Shown: positions 38,033 through 47,439, numbered from the stretch's first letter. The stretch: 61,529 bases of DNA from Paludibacteraceae bacterium (GCA_036308065.1 JAXJWL010000148.1:1-61529), one strand, 5' to 3'. Program-made: numbers and translations. Notes: generated by a model from the letters alone, not told the origin.

Positions 38033-38764
38033 ATGAATAAACACACAATAACAATTCCTGTGGCACCACGTGAAGCAGATTTCCTTTCACAAGCCAATCT
38101 TATCACATTCTTTATGTATGTGCTAGATTCATCAGGATATGCCAGTCACGACAAAGAATACAGCGTTGACAACCTAAACAAAATGGGCTTCACATGGGTA
38201 TTATCACGCTTTGCGATGGAGATATTCAAATACCCAAAAATGTATTCTACCATAAAAATAGACACTTGGATAGAAGATATAGGCGCAATAGTTTCAACAC
38301 GTAACTTTAGAGTTTACGACGAAAGCGGAGAAGTAATTGCACAAGCCACTTCATACTGGTCAATGATAAATTTACAAACAAGAAGACCAGTAAACCTACT
38401 AGAATCACCATTTAAAGACGCCCCTATCAATCCAGAAAAGAACGATATGAGCAGACCTGCCAAGATTCTAGAAATAAAAGGTGAAAAAGCAAGCGAAACT
38501 ACCGTAAAATGCTCAGACATAGACTTTAACATTCACACAAACAGTGCACGTTACGTAAAATGGCAAATAGACACCTATAGCCTAGACGACTTCAAAGACA
38601 GACAAATCAAGAGATTTGACATCAACTATCTTCAAGAAGCACTTTATGGTGAAACCATTGAAGTTTTCAAAGAAGAAAGAGGCAATGAGCACTATTTCGA
38701 CCTTAAAAATGCCAACGGAAGAAGCATTTGTAAAACGATTTTAACTTGGGAAGATAAAAAATAA
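38033..38764 (+). CDS. Acyl-ACP thioesterase family protein
   Basis: 243 aa with a double hot-dog pattern typical of acyl-ACP thioesterases (FTWVLSRFAMEI..., IDFNIHTNSARYVKW). Confidence 0.75.
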   Translation: MNKHTITIPVAPREADFLSQANLITFFMYVLDSSGYASHDKEYSVDNLNKMGFTWVLSRFAMEIFKYPKMYSTIKIDTWIEDIGAIVSTRNFRVYDESGEVIAQATSYWSMINLQTRRPVNLLESPFKDAPINPEKNDMSRPAKILEIKGEKASETTVKCSDIDFNIHTNSARYVKWQIDTYSLDDFKDRQIKRFDINYLQEALYGETIEVFKEERGNEHYFDLKNANGRSICKTILTWEDKK

Positions 38765-38815
38765 CTAATTATCTTTGAGTTAAATAAAAAAATCGTAACT
38801 TTGCAGTCCAATAAA

Positions 38816-38847
38816 ATTAGGAATGAGGAATTAGGAATTAGGAATTT
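38816..38847. repeat. Family C heptamer array (ATTAGGAATGAGGAATTAGGAATTAGGAATTT) upstream of ilvC
   Basis: Read directly from the sequence. It shares the 22-mer AGGAATGAGGAATTAGGAATTA with the reverse complement of 49048-49078. Confidence 0.85.
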
Positions 38848-38900
38848 AATTTCACAATAAACTCAATAAAAATAATCAAATATATAAAATACAAACAATT

Positions 38901-39947
38901 ATGGCACAAATGAATTTTGGCGGTGTAATCGAAAATGTTGTTACACGCGAAGAATTTCCATTAGAAAAAGCACGCGAAGTGCTAAAAAATGAAACTATCG
39001 CCGTTATCGGTTACGGTGTACAAGGCCCAGGCCAATCATTAAACCTAAGAGACAATGGTTTCAATGTAATCGTAGGTCAACGTAAAGGTGGCAAAACTTG
39101 GGAAAAAGCTATCGCTGATGGTTGGGTTCCAGGTGAAACACTATTTGATATAGAAGAAGCATGCCAACGTGGTACTATTATCCAATACCTTCTTTCTGAC
39201 GCAGCTCAAATCGAAGTATGGCCAGTAGTAAAACGCAACCTTACTCCAGGTAAAGCACTTTACTTCTCTCACGGTTTCGGTATCACTTACAAAGAACGTA
39301 CAGGTATCATTCCTCCAGCAGACGTTGACGTTATCCTTATCGCTCCTAAAGGTTCAGGTACATCTCTTCGTAGAATGTTCCTACAAGGTAGAGGTCTAAA
39401 CTCTTCTTACGCTATCTTCCAAGATGCAACAGGTAAAGCAATGGAACGTACAGTAGCTCTAGGTATCGGTGTAGGTTCTGGTTACTTATTCGAAACAACA
39501 TTTGAAAAAGAAGTTTACTCAGACTTAACAGGTGAACGTGGTTCATTAATGGGTGCTATCCAAGGTCTACTTCTTGCTCAATACGAAGTTCTACGTGAAA
39601 ATGGTCACGAACCATCAGAAGCATTCAACGAAACTGTAGAAGAACTTACCCAATCTCTAATGCCTCTATTCGCAGAAAACGGTATGGACTGGATGTATGC
39701 AAACTGCTCTACTACAGCTCAACGTGGTGCTCTAGACTGGATGGGACCTTTCCACGATGCTATCAAACCAGTTATGAGAGACCTTTATGCAAGTGTTAAA
39801 TCTGGCGAAGAAGCTCAACGCTCTATCGACTCAAACTCTAAACCAGACTACCGCGAAGGTCTAGAAAAAGAACTTGCAGCTCTACGCGAAAGCGAAATGT
39901 GGCAAGCAGGTGCAGTAGTTCGTAAACTACGCCCAGAAAACAACTAA
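38901..39947 (+). CDS. ilvC: Ketol-acid reductoisomerase
   Basis: NADP-binding GYGVQGPGQSLNLRDNG motif, 348 aa. Confidence 0.93.
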   Translation: MAQMNFGGVIENVVTREEFPLEKAREVLKNETIAVIGYGVQGPGQSLNLRDNGFNVIVGQRKGGKTWEKAIADGWVPGETLFDIEEACQRGTIIQYLLSDAAQIEVWPVVKRNLTPGKALYFSHGFGITYKERTGIIPPADVDVILIAPKGSGTSLRRMFLQGRGLNSSYAIFQDATGKAMERTVALGIGVGSGYLFETTFEKEVYSDLTGERGSLMGAIQGLLLAQYEVLRENGHEPSEAFNETVEELTQSLMPLFAENGMDWMYANCSTTAQRGALDWMGPFHDAIKPVMRDLYASVKSGEEAQRSIDSNSKPDYREGLEKELAALRESEMWQAGAVVRKLRPENN

Positions 39948-39970
39948 TAAATAGATACAATTCTATATTG

Positions 39971-40008
39971 AGAGGGTGCTCATTTTTTGGGCACCCTCTA
40001 TTTTTTTT
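39971..40008 (+). terminator. Intrinsic terminator of the ilv operon
   Basis: AGAGGGTGC / GCACCCTCT stem followed by T8. Confidence 0.85.
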
Positions 40009-40023
40009 GTCATTTATATTTCT

Positions 40024-40031
40024 TATCTTTG
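40024..40031 (+). promoter_or_regulatory. Candidate -7 box (TATCTTTG) for recA
   Basis: Matches TAnnTTTG, 56 nt upstream of the recA ATG. Confidence 0.45.
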
Positions 40032-40086
40032 TTCGTTCATTGAGATTTATTCATCTTATTTTATTAATCATTAAAAATTAATCAAA

Positions 40087-41112
40087 ATGGCAGAAAAAGA
40101 AACAGAAAAAAAGCAAGTCAATGCTGAAAAGTTAAAAGCCCTACAAATGGCTATCGACAAGATCGAAAAAGACCATGGCAAGGGTACCATCATGAAACTT
40201 GGTGACAACAAAGTAGTAGACGTACCTGTTATTCCTACAGGTTCTATTGGTCTAAACGCAGCTCTAGGTGTAGGTGGTTATCCACGTGGTAGAGTAATCG
40301 AAATCTTTGGTCCAGAATCTTCTGGTAAGACTACCCTAGCTATTCACGCTATTGCAGAAGCACAAAAAGCAGGTGGCATCGCAGCTATTATCGACGCCGA
40401 ACACGCATTCGACCGCTTCTATGCAGAAAAACTTGGTGTAGATGTAGAAAACCTATTTATCTCTCAACCAGACGACGGCGAACAAGCACTAGAAATCGCA
40501 GACCAACTTATTCGTTCTTCTGCAATTGACATTATCGTAATCGACTCTGTAGCAGCGCTTACTCCTAAAGCAGAAATAGAAGGTGATATGGGCGACAACC
40601 GTGTAGGTCTTCAAGCACGCCTTATGTCTCAAGCTTTAAGAAAACTTACTGCGAGCATCAACAAAACAAACACATGCTGTATTTTCATCAACCAACTTCG
40701 TGAAAAAATCGGTGTTATGTTTGGTAACCCAGAAACAACCACTGGTGGTAATGCACTTAAGTTCTATTCATCTATTCGTTTGGACATTCGTCGTGCTACA
40801 CAAATTAAAGAAGGTGACGATGTTATCGGTAACCAAACTCGTGTGAAGGTGGTTAAAAACAAAGTAGCACCTCCATTCCGCAAAGCAGAATTCGACATTA
40901 TGTTTGGCGAAGGTATTTCTAAAGCAGGTGAAATCATCGACATGGGTGTAGAAACTGGCATTATCAAGAAAAGTGGTTCTTGGTTTAGCTACGGCGACAG
41001 CAAACTAGCACAAGGTCGTGATGCTTGCAAACGAATTATTCAAGATAATCCTGAACTTGCAGCTGAATTGGAAGAAAAGATTATGGCAGTCCTTAACGGA
41101 ACACAAGAATAA
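40087..41112 (+). CDS. recA: Recombinase RecA
   Basis: Walker [10 protein letters not shown], with RecA sequence conservation throughout. 341 aa. Confidence 0.96.
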   Translation: MAEKETEKKQVNAEKLKALQMAIDKIEKDHGKGTIMKLGDNKVVDVPVIPTGSIGLNAALGVGGYPRGRVIEIFGPESSGKTTLAIHAIAEAQKAGGIAAIIDAEHAFDRFYAEKLGVDVENLFISQPDDGEQALEIADQLIRSSAIDIIVIDSVAALTPKAEIEGDMGDNRVGLQARLMSQALRKLTASINKTNTCCIFINQLREKIGVMFGNPETTTGGNALKFYSSIRLDIRRATQIKEGDDVIGNQTRVKVVKNKVAPPFRKAEFDIMFGEGISKAGEIIDMGVETGIIKKSGSWFSYGDSKLAQGRDACKRIIQDNPELAAELEEKIMAVLNGTQE

Positions 41113-41168
41113 TAACAAAACAAACTGAGGCATCTTGGCTTAAAAGGTGCCTCTTATATTATAAAACT

Positions 41169-41972
41169 ATGTACAAAGACAATTTCAAAAAAAACAACTT
41201 TAAGCGTGGCAATCGTGGCGGAAACAACAACGCAGGGAAAGAACCAGGCAACAAAATGATTTTTGGTATTCGTGCCATTATTGAAGCTATAGAAGCAGGT
41301 CACGAAATAGACAAAATCCTACTTAAAAAGGACATTCAAAGTGAACTTTCACAAGAACTTTTTGCTGCCGTAAAAGGCAGAAATATACCTGTGGTGCGTG
41401 TTCCAGTAGAAAAAATCGATCGCATCACCAACAAAAACCACCAAGGAGCAATCGCATTTATTTCTCCTGTGGCATACCAACGCATCACTCACCTTATTCC
41501 TCAACTATATGAAGACGCGAAATGCCCATTCATCGTAGTTTTAGACGGTGTAACAGACGTGAGAAACTTTGGTGCAATTGCTCGTACTTGCGAATGCGCA
41601 GGTGTAGATGCAATTATGATTCCGCAACTTGGCAGCGCTTCTATCAACGCTGACGCTATAAAAACCTCTGCAGGTGCCCTTCTTTCACTTCCAGTGTGTA
41701 GAGAACACAACCTTGCAGCCATGGTAAACTACCTAAAAGAATGCGGTTTACGCATCTTTGCTGCTTCAGAGAAAGCAACTCAATCATATACAGAAGTAGA
41801 TTACAGCGGTCCTATTGCCATTGTAATGGGCGCAGAAGACGTTGGTATCTCTCCTGAAATCATGGAACTTTGCGACGAACACGTAAGCATTCCAATCAAC
41901 GGCAACATCCAATCTCTAAACGTATCTGTTGCCGCCGGCGTTTTAATATATGAGGCAATAAAGGGAAGATAG
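41169..41972 (+). CDS. rlmB: 23S rRNA (guanosine-2'-O)-methyltransferase, SpoU/TrmH family (RlmB-like)
   Basis: An N-terminal basic tail, a substrate-binding domain and a SpoU MTase domain (LNVSVAAGVLIYE at the C-terminus). Confidence 0.8.
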   Translation: MYKDNFKKNNFKRGNRGGNNNAGKEPGNKMIFGIRAIIEAIEAGHEIDKILLKKDIQSELSQELFAAVKGRNIPVVRVPVEKIDRITNKNHQGAIAFISPVAYQRITHLIPQLYEDAKCPFIVVLDGVTDVRNFGAIARTCECAGVDAIMIPQLGSASINADAIKTSAGALLSLPVCREHNLAAMVNYLKECGLRIFAASEKATQSYTEVDYSGPIAIVMGAEDVGISPEIMELCDEHVSIPINGNIQSLNVSVAAGVLIYEAIKGR

Positions 41973-41996
41973 TTAGGAGTTAGAAGTTAGGAGTTA
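41971..41996. repeat. Family C-like heptamer array (AGTTAGGAGTTAGAAGTTAGGAGTTA)
   Basis: Read directly from the sequence. It begins at the rlmB stop codon. Confidence 0.75.
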
Positions 41997-42126
41997 TCAC
42001 GCCCGTTAGGGTGTGAATCTTAATAATAGGCAGGTATCAGAGGGCAACGCCCGGCGATGCCTGTATAAAACATAAAAAATTAAGGGCACGCCCGTAGGGT
42101 GTGCTTCCGAGCGCAGCGAGTATTTT

Positions 42127-42792
42127 ATGCAAGTTTTATACGAAGACAATCATATTATCATTGTAAACAAATCTAGTGGCGAAATTGTCCAAGGCGACAA
42201 AACTGGCGACACCCCACTAGTAGAAACCGTGCGTGCCTATATCAAGGAAAAATACAATAAGCCAGGCAACGTATTTTGTGGTCTAACACACCGACTAGAC
42301 CGCCCTGTAAGCGGCGTGGTTATCTTTGCAAAAACCAGCAAAGCCCTTGAGCGCATAAACAATATGCTTAAAAACCACGAAATAAAGAAAACCTATTGGG
42401 CTATCGTTAAAAACCCTCCAAAACAAAGCGAGGGTACATTGGTTAACTACCTTGTACGCAACGAAAAACAAAACAAATCATTCGCCTATCCTACCGAAAA
42501 ACCAAACTCAAAACGAGCAGAGTTAAACTATAAAGTGATAGGCAAATCAGACAACTATACATTGCTTGAAGTAAACCTTATCACAGGTCGTCACCACCAA
42601 ATTCGCTGCCAACTAGCAGCTATGGGTTGCCCAATCAAGGGTGATTTAAAATATGGATTCGACCGTTCAAACCGCGACGGCAGCATCAACCTGCACGCCC
42701 GTAGCGTAGAGTTCATCCACCCTGTATCAAAAGAACTCATCCACGTAGAAGCACCCACCCCACAAGACACACTCTGGAAAGCACTACAATAA
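42127..42792 (+). CDS. RluA-family pseudouridine synthase
   Basis: Catalytic HRLDRPVSGV motif, 221 aa. Confidence 0.85.
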   Translation: MQVLYEDNHIIIVNKSSGEIVQGDKTGDTPLVETVRAYIKEKYNKPGNVFCGLTHRLDRPVSGVVIFAKTSKALERINNMLKNHEIKKTYWAIVKNPPKQSEGTLVNYLVRNEKQNKSFAYPTEKPNSKRAELNYKVIGKSDNYTLLEVNLITGRHHQIRCQLAAMGCPIKGDLKYGFDRSNRDGSINLHARSVEFIHPVSKELIHVEAPTPQDTLWKALQ

Positions 42793-42800
42793 AAAGTGCC

Positions 42801-42862
42801 AACCGAACAAGTACCGAACAAGTACAGGACAAGTACAGGACAAGTACAGGACAAGTAAAAAA
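42801..42862. repeat. 11-bp tandem repeat, ~5.5 copies (CAAGTACCGAA x2, CAAGTACAGGA x3, CAAGTAAAAAA)
   Basis: Read directly from the sequence. It starts 9 nt after the rluA-family stop and is followed by the hairpin GCGGTTGAC-N6-GTCAACCGC (42863-42886). Confidence 0.9.
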
Positions 42863-42963
42863 GCGGTTGACTTATGCTGTCAACCGCTGAACATTTAAAA
42901 ATTAGTACTTATAAAGAACAGCCTCTGCTATTCTTGAGGATTCAAAGTAAAACTTTGATATTT

Positions 42964-43542
42964 CTATTTTATGAGTATACAATGTGTGGTTAAATCGTCT
43001 AATGAGAAACAAGGCTTTTCAAGAAATATTGTGGTAGGCTGTATCACGCTATCACCTAAAGCATCATTTATGGACTTTGCTATTAGTTCTGTACAATAAA
43101 GCAAACTATCTGTGCTATTGTTGAAATCAAAGTCGAAACGAGCTCCACGAGCATTTCGCACCATAGCCTTATTAACAACTTCATCTCTCACCTCTAGCGG
43201 ATATTCTAGCCGATAAACAGCAAAAGTATCTGCCAAAGCTAAAAAGTTTTCTATTGACTCGATGCGCACAGAACTTGGTTCTTTTGTTTCTTCCATTTCA
43301 CAATGAAGAACACTTATTTCACCTACAGAATCTACCACCACTATTCCTACATGCGAGAAGACTCCTGCTTTTGAAGCGTACGAAGAAAATAGTGAAGAAA
43401 CAAATCCATCTTCTCTGCGTAAAACGATGTCGCCATTTTCTATTGGTTGGTCTATTATTACTTGGTGCACTTGTGTTTCTTTAGTACAAGACACCAAGAA
43501 TAATAAACAAAACAATATTATTTTCTGACATCTACAAGCCAT
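42964..43542 (-). CDS. YiiX/DUF830-like permuted papain-fold (NlpC/P60 superfamily) lipoprotein
   Basis: Lipobox LLFLVSC, GDIVLRR...GVFSHVGIVV and a YCTELI putative catalytic Cys region. 192 aa. Confidence 0.6.
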   Translation of the reverse strand: MACRCQKIILFCLLFLVSCTKETQVHQVIIDQPIENGDIVLRREDGFVSSLFSSYASKAGVFSHVGIVVVDSVGEISVLHCEMEETKEPSSVRIESIENFLALADTFAVYRLEYPLEVRDEVVNKAMVRNARGARFDFDFNNSTDSLLYCTELIAKSINDALGDSVIQPTTIFLEKPCFSLDDLTTHCILIK

Positions 43543-43856
43543 TCACCATCTACCTTAGTCAAGTCAAGTTTTTCTTCTCTACCTTTTTCGTTTAGAAACC
43601 AAACCCAAGCACTATCTCCAGAAACTGAGTCTTTTACAATTTTTGTTTCCCAATTTTCAACAGGTTTGTGTTTGAAACTAATTGCCATATCAACAAATTG
43701 TTTAGCAGTTTCTGTACAGCATTCTTTTGCTTTATCGTAGTTACCTGTATTAAGATTGGTGATAAACTCTTCTGCCACATCCACGTGGTTGCTTCCACAA
43801 GAAGCTAGACCTAGAGCTACTGCTACTAGAAATAAAATTCTTTTTATTGTTTTCAT
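43518..43856 (-). CDS. Small hypothetical lipoprotein
   Basis: Signal peptide with lipobox (LGLASCGS), 112 aa. I recognise no family confidently. Confidence 0.55.
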   Translation of the reverse strand: MKTIKRILFLVAVALGLASCGSNHVDVAEEFITNLNTGNYDKAKECCTETAKQFVDMAISFKHKPVENWETKIVKDSVSGDSAWVWFLNEKGREEKLDLTKVDGEWLVDVRK

Positions 43857-43928
43857 GTTGTTTGTATTTGATTGTTGTTAGTGAAAACTAATATCTCGGG
43901 GTGCCGAGATATTAGCTTAAAACTGATT

Positions 43929-44420
43929 TTAGAAGGTATAGCGTGCAGCTACAGCGATAGCACCAGAATATAGACCATCAGCATAGAAGTCTACACCATA
44001 TTTGTTACCTTCAACACCAATAAGTGGGCGCCAGTCTACTGAAAGTTGTAGTGGGAAATCAAAGATGTATTCTACACCAATACGTCCAGCTACACCACCA
44101 AATGCGTAAGCTGAATACCACCATCTACCCCAGTCGTAACCTACACCAGCACCTACACCAGCATACCAGTTTAATTTACCTTTGCTTATTGCTGGGAATT
44201 CTAGACCACCTGGGTTGATCCAATCATAAGTAGCAGCAGCTTCAATAGCGTTGAAACCAGGAAGACCAACTTCCACTTCAATCATGTTGTTTTCACCCAT
44301 GCTGTGTTGATAAGAAGCACCAGCACCATAACCGATACGTACACCTACTGCACGTGGTTGAGCAAACGCTGCAGTAGCCATAGCTACAGCAAATACGAAT
44401 AATAAAGCAATCTTTTTCAT
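43929..44420 (-). CDS. Small outer-membrane beta-barrel protein
   Basis: Signal peptide, alternating G/aromatic beta-strand pattern and a C-terminal ...ARYTF with terminal Phe. 163 aa. Confidence 0.7.
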   Translation of the reverse strand: MKKIALLFVFAVAMATAAFAQPRAVGVRIGYGAGASYQHSMGENNMIEVEVGLPGFNAIEAAATYDWINPGGLEFPAISKGKLNWYAGVGAGVGYDWGRWWYSAYAFGGVAGRIGVEYIFDFPLQLSVDWRPLIGVEGNKYGVDFYADGLYSGAIAVAARYTF

Positions 44421-44471
44421 AATAATAAAAATTTTTAAGGGTTTATAAATAAATTAAATAAATAAATTAAA

Positions 44472-44681
44472 TTACCATACACTAATTAGTCTGTTACCTT
44501 CGTCTGTTTTCACGATGTAAATACCTTCAAGCGAACCATTTAGATGTGTTACATTTATACCTGTTAGGTTATAGATTTCAAAGTCTAGTTCTGAATATAT
44601 AGTACCTTCTTTAGCATAAACATCTATTGCAGGCACTTCGTCTATTGCAACAAAGTCTTTATGAATTACAGGGCGAATTGG
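44472..44681 (-). pseudogene. Orphan T9SS C-terminal sorting domain fragment (no start codon and no cargo domain)
   Basis: The minus-strand frame reads PIRPVIHKDFVAIDEVPAIDVYAKEGTIYSELDFEIYNLTGINVTHLNGSLEGIYIVKTDEGNRLISVW*. It begins directly after an in-frame TAA (44682-44684) and has no Met. The EIYNLTG...GIYIVK pattern is typical of Por/T9SS CTDs. Confidence 0.7.
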
Positions 44682-44788
44682 TTAACATCTCTTACTAAGA
44701 GATATAAAGAATCCCAGAGTTAAATTCATACAAAAAAATGAACTTAACTCGGGATTTTTCTTTACATCCGCAGATTACCCTACAATAC

Positions 44789-44900
44789 TTAGCGGAACTA
44801 TAGTTTTTTGCATATTTCCGCTAATTATCTTTACATAATCAGCGGAACTACTACTTTTTTGACGCACTTCCGCTAATTATCTCGCAATAAGTTGCGGAAA
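44789..44900. repeat. Two ~50-bp tandem units plus a third partial one, each AGCGGAA-N~20-TTCCGCTAATTATCT
   Basis: AGCGGAACTA occurs at 44791 and 44841, TTCCGCT at 44816 and 44868, and TGCGGAAA at 44893. More AGCGGA half-sites lie at 46433 and 46455, on the other side of the ATPase gene. Confidence 0.8.
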
Positions 44901-44914
44901 TTAAAATATTTTTA

Positions 44915-44922
44915 TAGATTTG
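44915..44922 (+). promoter_or_regulatory. Candidate -7 box (TAGATTTG) for the ATPase gene
   Basis: Matches TAnnTTTG, 19 nt upstream of the ATG at 44941. This argues against the TTG start at 44920. Confidence 0.45.
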
Positions 44923-44940
44923 CTAAAAAATACAATTACT

Positions 44941-46389
44941 ATGAAACAATGTTTAATAGGTAGAGAAGTTGAACTAAAGTCACTTCAACAGTATATTAAT
45001 TCAGAACGTTCAGAATTTGTTGCTGTTTACGGCAGACGACGTGTCGGTAAAACATTTCTTATTCGTCATGCTGCTGAAGAAAAGTTTACATTCTTTATGA
45101 CAGGCGTTTACAAAGCCTCTAAATCTGAGCAACTAACAAACTTTGCTATAAGTTTGCAAAAATATTCTGGCTCAGATAGATTAATTTTGCCTAAAAATTG
45201 GATATTAGCCTTCTATGAACTTTCAAAATTTATTGAGAGTTTACCAGAGGGTAAAAAAATTATATTCATAGATGAGTTACCATGGTTAGACACTCCTAAA
45301 TCTGGTTTCATTGCTGCATTAGAAAATTTTTGGAATAGTTGGGCTGTTCTACGCAACGATATTAAACTTATTGTATGCGGTTCTGCTACTTCATGGATGA
45401 TTAACAATCTAATTAAAAGCAAAGGAGGTTTGCACAATAGACTTACTCATCACCTTGTTCTTCAACCATTTACATTAAAGGAAAGCGAAGAATATTTTAA
45501 AACATTTGGATTTGGTTATACAAGAAAACAAATTGCAGAATGTTATATGGCATTGGGTGGCATACCATTTTATATGTCAATGATGGATAAGTCTAAAAGT
45601 GTTTCACAAAATATTGATTATCTTTTCTTTGCAAATAATGCACCATTAAAAGAAGAATTTAATGATTTATATAAGGCATTATTTAAAAACTCTGCACCAC
45701 ACATTGACGTGGTAACAGCTCTAGCAACTAAAAACAAAGGACTTACTAGACAAGAAATCCTAAAAACAACAAAATTGCAAGATAACGGAGCTTTTAGTAC
45801 AATTCTAGAAGAATTGGAAGAATGCGGTTTTATAAGAGCCTATAGCCCTTTTGAAAAGAAAATCACATTGAATAATACTAGACAAAAAAACAATACCATC
45901 TACCAACTAGTAGATTTTTATACTTTGTTCTATTTCAACTTCATAAAACAAAACCACTATCATGATGAACACTTCTGGACTTCATCATATAATAGTCCTT
46001 TACACAACACATGGGCAGGACTATCATTTGAAATGTTGTGTCTAAACCATATCAACCAAATAAAGAATGCTTTAGGTATCACAGGCATCCAAGCATTAGT
46101 ATGTGCGTGGAGAAACCAAGAGCAAAATAATAAAACACAAATTGATATGCTTATTGACAGAAAAGATGACACAATCAATATATGTGAAATTAAATTTGCT
46201 AAAGACGAATTTGAAATAACAAAAGAATACGAAGCAAGTCTCAATAACAAAATAAATACATTTGCTAAAAGTTCTAATACAAATAAATCGCTAATGCTCA
46301 CAATGATTACTACTTTTGGAATAAAACCAAACATTCATAGTAACATTGTTCAGAACCAAATTTTATTGGAAGACTTATTTAAAGCATAA
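44941..46389 (+). CDS. AAA-type ATPase (archaeal-ATPase / DUF234-like architecture)
   Basis: Walker A GRRRVGKT, Walker B IIFIDELPW and a C-terminal region with a PD-(D/E)xK-like pattern (IDMLIDRKDDTINICEIKF). 482 aa counted from MKQCLIGRE. Confidence 0.7.
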   Translation: MKQCLIGREVELKSLQQYINSERSEFVAVYGRRRVGKTFLIRHAAEEKFTFFMTGVYKASKSEQLTNFAISLQKYSGSDRLILPKNWILAFYELSKFIESLPEGKKIIFIDELPWLDTPKSGFIAALENFWNSWAVLRNDIKLIVCGSATSWMINNLIKSKGGLHNRLTHHLVLQPFTLKESEEYFKTFGFGYTRKQIAECYMALGGIPFYMSMMDKSKSVSQNIDYLFFANNAPLKEEFNDLYKALFKNSAPHIDVVTALATKNKGLTRQEILKTTKLQDNGAFSTILEELEECGFIRAYSPFEKKITLNNTRQKNNTIYQLVDFYTLFYFNFIKQNHYHDEHFWTSSYNSPLHNTWAGLSFEMLCLNHINQIKNALGITGIQALVCAWRNQEQNNKTQIDMLIDRKDDTINICEIKFAKDEFEITKEYEASLNNKINTFAKSSNTNKSLMLTMITTFGIKPNIHSNIVQNQILLEDLFKA

Positions 46390-46473
46390 AATCATTATAA
46401 TTCGCTGAAGTACTACATTTTACTACTACTTCAGCGGATTATTTTTGTATAACTAGCGGAAATGATAATTTTC

Positions 46474-47439
46474 TCATAGAGACTTTAAAATCATATTATT
46501 TGCTTTGTCAATTGCTAGGGTGTCCAACGATGCTAGATAGATGCGCGTAGTTGTTTCTGAGTCGTGCCCCATACCCTCACTTATCACCGACAGAGGAACA
46601 TTTTTACTTTTTGCTATGCTCGCCCAAGCATGACGGGCAACGTATAAAGTAAGTGGTATAGTCAAACCAAGTTGCTTACCTATTTTCTTCAAACAGCGAT
46701 TGATATTGTGTGCGGTATAAAGATATTGCGTGCGCGCGTCTGTTTTATTAGATGGCTTTATAATAGGCAACAAATAAATAGACTGCGAGGTATCATATTT
46801 ATCAACAATTTCTTGCATACATTTTTCCCACTTTACAAACAGTTTTTGACCAGTTTTTCGCCTACAATACGACAACACGCCATTTTGCAAATCCTTTTTT
46901 CGTAAATACGCCATATCAACAAAAGACATACCCCTTGTATAAAAACTCAGTAGAAACATATCACGAGCAAAACAAAAGGTAGGTTTCAACGACAAGTCCA
47001 ACTCCTTTATTTGTTTTATCACCTTGAGCGGCACTGCTCGTTTCACTGTCCTATCCACTCCAGTATAAACATGCTTAAACGGGTATCGTTGCAAAGTAAG
47101 TTCCTTTTCCACTGCCCTATTATAAACCGCCCTAAGATTGCGCATATAAAACGACGATGTATTAAGACTCACTCCGCAGTTTCTCAAATAAACTTCGTAT
47201 GCCACCATCAAATCTGCATCCATTTCGTCCAATGACACATCTCTATTTTTCCTAAAACGCTTAAAACTATAAAGAGAAGCCGTATATGTTTCTGAAGTGC
47301 GTATCTTACCTAAAGTCTTTTGTTGTTCTATCACATCTTCCATAAATGAAAATAGACCATTTTTTGTGCATTTTCTTCTCTTATTCCTTGCTAACAGTTC
47401 CTCAAACATTGTGATAATAATTGAATTACTTTCTTGCAT
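46474..47439 (-). CDS. Tyrosine-type site-specific recombinase/integrase
   Basis: Catalytic pattern ...ARHAWASIA...GHDSETTTRIYL (R..H-x-x-R..H..Y) and an N-terminal SAM-like DNA-binding domain. 321 aa. Confidence 0.88.
   Translation of the reverse strand: MQESNSIIITMFEELLARNKRRKCTKNGLFSFMEDVIEQQKTLGKIRTSETYTASLYSFKRFRKNRDVSLDEMDADLMVAYEVYLRNCGVSLNTSSFYMRNLRAVYNRAVEKELTLQRYPFKHVYTGVDRTVKRAVPLKVIKQIKELDLSLKPTFCFARDMFLLSFYTRGMSFVDMAYLRKKDLQNGVLSYCRRKTGQKLFVKWEKCMQEIVDKYDTSQSIYLLPIIKPSNKTDARTQYLYTAHNINRCLKKIGKQLGLTIPLTLYVARHAWASIAKSKNVPLSVISEGMGHDSETTTRIYLASLDTLAIDKANNMILKSL

Noticed and set aside
44920-44940. TTG start at 44920 for the ATPase ORF (as in the ORF track)
   Set aside because: That start codon overlaps the candidate -7 promoter box TAGATTTG (44915-44922). 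The ATG at 44941 (MKQCLIGRE...) is the more plausible start.
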